Positions 57,742 through 64,000 of a stretch of 64,000 nt of DNA are shown here, piece by piece. Position numbers and translations under genes: made by a program. Source of the stretch: an uncultured delta proteobacterium. Lineage in GTDB: Bacteria; Desulfobacterota; RBG-13-43-22. The first letter of the stretch is position 1. Every line of letters starts with the position of its first letter. A model generated the notes under the pieces. It was not told the origin of the DNA and ran no database searches. It was given only the letters and a program-made list of their open reading frames with translations. The stretch spans positions 183,465-247,464 of the forward strand of contig CAVVCH010000053.1 of NCBI GenBank assembly GCA_963746605.1, read 5' to 3'.

Positions 57742-58914
57742 TCAGCCCGGCAGACCCAGACGGACCGGCTGCTCCACGCGCTTTTTCTCGCGGACGATCG
57801 AGAGGGTCACGGTATCGCCGGCCTGATGTTGCTCCAGGGCGTTCAGCAGTTCATCGAAGGATGAAATCGGTTTGCCGTTCAGAGCGACGATGACATCGCC
57901 TACCACCAGACTGCCGTCCGGGGCGCGCTTAAAGGGTTGAATGCCCGCCTGGTGCGCCGGGCTGTCGGGATACACCCCGATCACCGCGACGCCCTTGGGC
58001 AGACCGAGCGCTTCCTGAAACGGCTTTCCCGCCGCCTGAATGCCCAGGGCCGGACGGATGAATTTTCCGTCCCGGATCAGGCGCGGCACGATGCGGTTCA
58101 CCTCGTCCACGGGAATGGCGAAACCGATGCCGGCGGAGGCGCCCGACGGGCTGTAAATCGCGGTGTTGACCCCGATCAGCCGGCCGGCGGAGTCCAGCAG
58201 CGGACCGCCCGAATTACCGGGATTGATGGCGGCGTCGGTCTGAATCACGCCCCGGATCGATCGCTGGGTGGCCGACTCGATTTCGCGGTTCAAGGCGCTG
58301 ATGATGCCGCTGGTCAGCGTCTGGTCCAACCCAAAGGGGTTACCGATGGCATAGACTTTTTGCCCGACTTGCAGCTCGCGGCTGCCTCCTACCAGGATGG
58401 GCTTGAGCTTCTCCTTGGGGGCATCGATCCGCAGTACCGCCAGGTCGCGGTCCGGGAAGGCGCCGACCAAAGCGGCCTTCCAGGTGGTCTGGTCGGCCAG
58501 CGTGATCCGCGCCGATTGGCCGCCCTGGATGACATGAAAATTGGTGACCACATTCCCGCGGTCGTCCCAGATGAAACCGCTCCCGGTGCCCCTCGGAATC
58601 TGCATAACGTCCAGGGTCAAAAAATTCCTGGCCAACTCGAGGGTGGTGATGTGCACCACCGAGGGAGAGACATTTTTAAATACCGCAATGTTATTCTGTT
58701 CGTCCTCGGCCAGCGAACCTCGGGCCGCCACCGTTCTGGGTACGGCTTCCGGTCGCGTCGAATCCTGCCGGCCGAACATCCCCTCCCACGGGCGAAACCA
58801 CCAGAGGGCTGCCAAAATAAGAATAATCAGCAGCAGTCCGGTGCCGGCCGACCCTTGGCGGTTGCGGATTCGGAACATCGCGTTCAGACCTTCTTTAGCT
58901 CTTGATGGATTCAT
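57742..58914 (-). CDS. DegP/HtrA-family periplasmic serine protease with PDZ domain
   Basis: Catalytic triad context (H in VVTNFHVI, D, GNSGGPL) plus a C-terminal PDZ. N-terminal transmembrane or signal segment. Confidence 0.9.
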   Translation of the reverse strand: MNPSRAKEGLNAMFRIRNRQGSAGTGLLLIILILAALWWFRPWEGMFGRQDSTRPEAVPRTVAARGSLAEDEQNNIAVFKNVSPSVVHITTLELARNFLTLDVMQIPRGTGSGFIWDDRGNVVTNFHVIQGGQSARITLADQTTWKAALVGAFPDRDLAVLRIDAPKEKLKPILVGGSRELQVGQKVYAIGNPFGLDQTLTSGIISALNREIESATQRSIRGVIQTDAAINPGNSGGPLLDSAGRLIGVNTAIYSPSGASAGIGFAIPVDEVNRIVPRLIRDGKFIRPALGIQAAGKPFQEALGLPKGVAVIGVYPDSPAHQAGIQPFKRAPDGSLVVGDVIVALNGKPISSFDELLNALEQHQAGDTVTLSIVREKKRVEQPVRLGLPG

Positions 58915-58957
58915 GGAGGGTTCCTTTGGTCATCGCCTGGGCTTAGTGGCAGGAGGC

Positions 58958-59353
58958 CTATTTTATCCAGTTTGTCAACTTGAGTCCGTCGATTCTCTGA
59001 AAATGCATCTCGTTGTTGGTTACCAAAGTTAAGTTGTGGGTTAGGGCGCAAGCGGCAATCATCAAGTCAAAATCATCCAGACGGGTGCCCTTGATTTCCA
59101 GTTGGGCTTTGAGCCGGCCGAAGATTTCGGCTGTCTCCGTCCCCAGGGGGATGACTTCCAGAGTCTCTTCGATCTTTTTTACCTTGGCCAGGTTACCGGT
59201 AACTTGTTGCGATTTATAGGCGCCGTAATAAAGCTCCAGGCAGGTTACGATGCTGATCTGCAGCGGATCATTCAGGTGACGCCTCAAATTTTCCTGGAGA
59301 ACGGGATGCCCTTTCAAGGAATAAATGATGATATCCGTATCCAGTAGATACAT
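58958..59353 (-). CDS. vapC: VapC-family PIN-domain toxin
   Basis: MYLLDTDIIIY...IVTCLELYYG...D acidic PIN residues. 131 aa. Confidence 0.85.
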   Translation of the reverse strand: MYLLDTDIIIYSLKGHPVLQENLRRHLNDPLQISIVTCLELYYGAYKSQQVTGNLAKVKKIEETLEVIPLGTETAEIFGRLKAQLEIKGTRLDDFDLMIAACALTHNLTLVTNNEMHFQRIDGLKLTNWIK

Positions 59354-59625
59354 TACCAGCCCTTTCCCAGCTTTTGGGAATTCCGCCGGCTTTTTCTCAA
59401 TTCCTTGATTATTTCTTCTGCCTTTCGGTCATCGGCCCAGGAGCCGGAAAGCTCCAGGAGCACTTGGGCGGGAGGCTTGGCGGTGCGGATTTTTTTGCGT
59501 TTGGCCAGGTATTCCTTGGCCAAGTAAAGAATCTGCTGGCTCAAGGAACGGTTTTCCTCATTGGCCATTTCCTTGATCTGGGCGTACAGGTCCTCGTCGA
59601 TCCCTTTAATTTGCAGGTTGGACAT
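59353..59625 (-). CDS. vapB: VapB-type antitoxin (RHH/Arc-like)
   Basis: 90 aa. N-terminal IKGIDEDLYAQIKEMANEENRSLSQQILYL RHH pattern. Overlaps the vapC start by 1 nt. AGGAGG RBS. Confidence 0.7.
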   Translation of the reverse strand: MSNLQIKGIDEDLYAQIKEMANEENRSLSQQILYLAKEYLAKRKKIRTAKPPAQVLLELSGSWADDRKAEEIIKELRKSRRNSQKLGKGW

Positions 59626-59650
59626 GAGGGGAAACCTCCTGGTTAATCAT

Positions 59651-62600
59651 CATGAAAAAAGATACCATCTTCATGATCCATGTCAAGGACAAATTTTTTA
59701 ACCTCCGTTCTGATTGGGATGATATAAGTATAAAAAACATCCGAAGAAAGAACAACCGAGAGGTGAGTTTTACTCTCGAGGAATCGGGTATGGCCGGGCA
59801 AAAATATATCTTGCTGCTCAATGAATGCCTTAAAAAGGCCCTGCCGTCGCTGGGCGCCAGGGAAAAAGAAAGGCTGACGGAAAAACTGGAGTTCCTGCGG
59901 GCCGGATTGTGGGACGCTGGACTGCGGGTCAAGAAGCTGAAAGGCAGCTCGGGGAGGGTCGTTTTTGAGGCGCGGTTTTCCCGGTCGGACCGGATGCTGT
60001 TCACCCTGGGCCGTAAGGGTTCCCGGACCGCCGTCTATCTCTGGGGGCTGATCGGCCACGACGAAGTCAACCGAACAGCCCGGCGGTTCCTGCCTGAAAA
60101 CGCCCCGTTTCTGGATTTTGTCCCGGAAAGCCAGGAAGACTTCTCGGAAGTCATCCTGGAGGAATTGCCCGCCGTGGTCTACAGCCAGGAGACCATCGAA
60201 GCGCAGGTGCCGGACGACTATGGGCCCCAGCGGTGGCTGGTACTGAACGAGGAGGAATGGGAGCGGCTTCGCAGAGCAGGGAAACCGGATGACCTGGAGC
60301 TGTTTCTTTATTTGACCGAAGAGCAGGGCCGGGTCCTGGAAGCCTCCCCGCCGGTCCTTATTTCGGGGACCGCTGGAAGCGGCAAGACCACCCTGGCCGT
60401 CTATTATCTGCTCAAACCGGAGTATGCCGGACAGCGGAAACTGTTCTTGACCTATAATCCTTTCCTGAGGGATTTCAGCCGGCGCCTCTATGACGGGCTC
60501 ACCGCGCGGACCGGCTTGGAGGACTCCGACTTACGACCGGACTTCTACGTTTTCCGGGAACTGCTGCGGGACCTGCTGGGCCCGGCGATTGGGTCATTCC
60601 CCCCGGACCGGGAAGTCCGGCTGCGGGAATTCGAGGCCCTCTTCCGTAATCACCGGTTGTACGGCCGGTACGATGCCGAACTCGTCTGGGAGGAAGTCCG
60701 ATCCATTATCAAGGGGGCCAAACCGGTACTTCGGCTGGAACGATTTAAAAGTCTTTCCCAGGCCTATCTTCAGGGACCTCTCCCACGGGACCGGGTGTTG
60801 GAGTTAAAGGAAGGTCTGCTCGGATTGGTCAACCTGGAGACGGCCTCCAAAATCCAGGTTTTTTTGCAAAGCAAGACCGGATTCGCCGGCCTGGAAGGGC
60901 TGGCCCGCAGCCTGACTACCGAAGAAAGCCTGTGGCGGAAAGAACAGGGGCTGGCCTTGCAGGAGATATTGCGGATTTTGGAGAAAAAATCCAGAGGGCT
61001 CGCCGACCCCCTCCTGACCTATCCGGAATATGTTCGGTTAGGGCAGAAACGGGCTCCCAATTTTGTATATGAACGCAGGGAACTCTATGACATCGCCGCC
61101 TATTACCAGGGCAAGCTGGAGGAACAGGGGCTGTGGGATGAAATCGACCTCTGCCGCCGGGTCCTGGACCGGTTGGGACAGGGGACCGATTCCCGGACGT
61201 GCTATGATCTGGTGGTCTGCGACGAAGTCCAGGACTTCGCTGACGTCCAACTGGCCTTGATTTTCCGCCTGGCCGGTTTTCCGGAAAACGTGGTTCTGGC
61301 CGGAGATACCAAACAGATCATCAATCCCAGCGGCTTTCGCTGGGAGGAGGTGCGCAACAAATTTTTCGAGCGCGGAATCCAGGTCCCCCGGGTGCACTCC
61401 CTGCGGATCAACTTTCGATGTGTGGGCAACGTGGTCAAGCTGGCCAACGCCCTGCTGGACCTCAAGCAGCGGCTGATCGGGTTAACCGGCTCGGAAATCA
61501 GGGAGGAGTGGAAATTCAATGGAAGACCTCCTTTCCTGCTGACCGGACTGGAGGAACGGGAAATCATGTCCCAACTGCGGATGCGGGCCGCCGGACAGGT
61601 CATTTTGGTCCGAGGCCGGGAAGAGCAGGCTCGGCTGAAACAGGCTCTGGGAACAGAGCTGATTTTCACCATCCAGGAGGCCAAAGGACTGGAATTCGAT
61701 ACCGTCCTGGTCTGGAAGTTTTCCGTCGATTCGAAAACCGCCGCCCTTTGGCGCCGCTTTCGCCAGGGGGGAGACCTGGAGCGAACCCGCCGGCCCCACC
61801 TGCGCCATGAGATTAATTTGCTCTACGTAGCCATTACCCGGGCCCGGAACACCCTCATCCTGTATGATCCGGGTGCGGAGATCTGGGAGCTGCCCGAATT
61901 GGTGGAATTCCTGTTCCGGACGTCCGACCCAGGAGCTCTGCCTAGGCTTTGGCACCGGGTCTCCTCACCGGAGGAATGGGCCGATCAGGGAGATTACTTC
62001 CTCGCTCGTGAATATTACCCGGCGGCCCTGGAATGTTATAAAAACGCCGGGGACCCGGACCGGGCGGAAATCGCCCAGGCCTTTGTTTTCGAACAGCAAA
62101 AAAAGTTCCGGGAAGCCGGCTCCCTTTTCGAGAAGCACGGCAATTGGCCCCGGGCCGCTGCCTGCTATGAGCGTTCAGGGTTGTGGCAGCAGGCCCTGCA
62201 AATCTGGGAAAAATTGAAAGACCGGGAGAGGGCGGCCCTGTGCCGGATCGCGCTGTACGAGCGGCGGGGCGACTATGAACTGGCTGCGGAGGAATGGCTC
62301 CGAAGGAAGGAGGTCGTCAAGGCCCTGGAGAATTGGCGGAAGGCCGGGAATCATCAACGCCGGGGCGAATACCTGGCCGCCCAAAAAAGGCTCCCGGAGG
62401 CGGCGGAGGCCTTCGTGGCCGGGCGGCTGTACGACCAGGCCGCGGTTCTTTTTAAAAAGTTGAAAAAGTTCGATCGGGCGGCGGACCTTTTTTTTCAGGC
62501 CGGCAACTGGGCCGAGGCCGCCGTCCTGTACAAACGGTTAAAAAACCCGGTTCGTTTGCTGGAGTGCTACGTCAAGGGCGGGGACGATTACCAGGCGGGG

Positions 62601-64000
62601 CTTTTATATGAGAAGGGCGAGGATTTGGCCGCGGCCATGGAGGCCTTCACCCGATTTGCCCGAACCGGTGAGGAGCAGAGCGCCCTATTAAACGAGGAAA
62701 TGAATCGGGCTGTTCTTAAAAACAGCCTGCTAAAAGCGGCCGTCCGTTCGTTTGCCCTGGGGCAGTACCGGGAATCGGCCGATTTTTTTCTTAAAAAAGG
62801 GTATTACAATCTGGCCCTGCCCCAGTACCAGGCCCTGGGGGATCATGAAAAAGCCGCCGGCTGTTTTTATAGACTGAAGGATTACTATCAGGCCGCCCTG
62901 GAAATTGAGCAAAGTCAGCTTCCGGATAAATGGGAACGGGCCGCCGAACTGCTTTCCTTCCATCTTGGCGAAGGCCGGCGGGAAGCCCTGGCGGAACTGA
63001 AATTGCTCCAGGAAGGAGAAAAATTTTTAAAGGAAGGCGCCCCGGACCGGGCCCTGGTCCGTTTCAAGACCGTCAATGCCCCGGACCTGGTACGGGAGGC
63101 CTACCGGAAAACCGGGCGGGACGAGGAGGCCCTGGATTATTATTTGAGGGGTAACCGTTTGGAAGAGGCTGGGCAATACGTAAATGAGGTCGTCGCCCTG
63201 AAAATTACGCCGGCCTTTTTACAGACCGTTCTGCATAAATATCTGGAAACGGACGGTTATTATCGTCTGCGGACCCAGGCCCAGGTTTTTTTGGCCGAAC
63301 TCCTGGGCCGGCTGCTGGAGCAGGGGGACAAGGAACAGTGGCGGCCCGGCGTGGACCAATTCATCTCATCGATCCCCTTTTGGGGGTCAAACCCGCCCGG
63401 TCCGGTTTTAAATTTCCTGCTCCAAAGCCGGTATTATAACGGTATTTTTGAAGTGGTCCGGGAAGGGACCCTTTTTGCCAAATCCATTTCCCCGAATTCA
63501 AAAAAATTCATCGCCGAACTTAAACGGCTGGCCACCCTGGAAAAAGATCCGACGCTCCTGGCCTGTCATCAGTTTTATAAAGACAAGGACGGATTCGAAA
63601 ACAGTCTCGACCGCCTCGAGTTGACCGGTTGGAATTATAAGCTCTTCGGTGCCAGCCCGAGACGTTATCTCGAGGCCGTTGAATTCCTGTTGGGGGAACG
63701 GAAAACCGAAGAGGCCGTTTACCTGGCCCGGCGGCACCATAATCTCCACCTGGCGGGCCGTATCCATGAAGAGGCGGGGTTCCATTCGGAAGCGGGCCGG
63801 GCCTTTCGCGACGGCGGTCATTACCAGGACGCCCTCCGCTGCTTTAAATTGGCCGGAGACGAACCGGGGCAGGCCCGGGTCTATGAACGGATGGGTCTCC
63901 AGGAAGAGGCTATGGGTATCTGGAAAAAACGGGGCAACCAGAAGGAGGTGACCCGATTGCAGAGGAAGGTGGATAAGGGGAAAACAGCGGGGTCCCAATT
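59651..64000 (+). CDS. giant multidomain protein (over 1450 aa, 3' end outside the window): RelE/ParE-like N-terminal segment, SF1 UvrD-like helicase core, long TPR-like repeat array
   Basis: Uninterrupted frame from the ATG at 59651 to the window end, absent from the ORF table because it has no stop. Walker A SGTAGSGKTT (about 60367-60393). Motif II VVCDEVQDF (61215-61240). GDTKQ. Motif V EAKGLEFDTV (61678-61710). Motif VI LLYVAITRARNT (61824-61847). From about 61960 on, more than 20 helical repeats of about 34 aa (for example GNWAEAAVLYKRLKNPVRLLECYVKGGDDYQAGLLYEKGEDLAAAMEAF). Confidence 0.75.

Noticed and set aside
59606-61955. Minus-strand ORFs 59606-60004, 59643-60059, 61038-61397, 61202-61684 and 61482-61955
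   Set aside because: They lie antisense inside the uninterrupted 4.35-kb plus-strand helicase/TPR frame, which has clear SF1 motifs. They are high-GC antisense artefacts.

Overview
This is a 64-kb, roughly 58% GC window with dense coding on both strands. The gene content (nrfHA, a DsrMK/HdrDE-like module with TusA and a DsrE-family protein, multi-PAS hybrid kinases, c-type cytochromes) suggests an anaerobic Desulfobacterota-like proteobacterium; that lineage call is inference only. No rRNA, tRNA or CRISPR array was found.

Layout, left to right:
- 1-7.5 kb: an AcuC-like deacetylase plus AcuB-like CBS protein operon, a large membrane protein and mtgA. This segment is bracketed by ~65-bp inverted repeats rich in TTCGA motifs.
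- 7.6-10.5 kb: an alpha-glucan phosphorylase (GT35) and trxB.
- 10.6-15.4 kb: a FadL-like outer membrane protein, then a marR - dsrE-like - tusA - NarI-like cytochrome b - HdrD-like CCG iron-sulfur protein cluster, all on the minus strand.
- 15.5-19.3 kb: two ABC exporter genes.
- 19.4-25 kb: a run of small, unrelated genes on the minus strand, divergent from a degraded integron integrase (intI) pseudogene and separated by palindromic attC-like repeats. I read this as an integron cassette array.
- 25.8-29.6 kb: two tandem paralogous genes for secreted beta-helix / choice-of-anchor-Q-like repeat proteins. They carry 270-bp and ~60-bp tandem repeats and many frame breaks.
- 29.9-32.5 kb: a radical SAM/SPASM enzyme, a small secreted protein and an EAL/HDOD protein.
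- 32.5-38.6 kb: a second glycogen phosphorylase (frameshifted), a PfkB kinase, a PaaI thioesterase and a HisKA_3 kinase.
- 39-42.7 kb: a 1214-aa multi-PAS hybrid kinase.
- 42.8-46.2 kb: nrfH and nrfA, preceded by two perfect palindromes including a CRP/FNR-type box, then a c-type cytochrome and a sirohaem/4Fe-4S protein.
- 47.7-54.7 kb: fadD, a BASS-like transporter, mutS2, an MFS transporter, arfB and a LapA-like protein.
- 54.9-59.6 kb: a toxin-antitoxin island. It holds an orphan higA, ogt, mazEF, an AbrB-type antitoxin with a RelE toxin, degP and vapBC.
- 59.65 kb to the window end: a giant ORF of more than 1450 aa that runs off the window, which is why it is missing from the ORF table. 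It has an N-terminal RelE/ParE-like segment, an SF1 UvrD-like helicase core and a very long TPR-like repeat array. This is the most novel-looking element in the window.

At least six otherwise conserved genes show single frame disruptions. That pattern points to consensus indel errors rather than true pseudogenes, and pseudogene calls should be read in that light.
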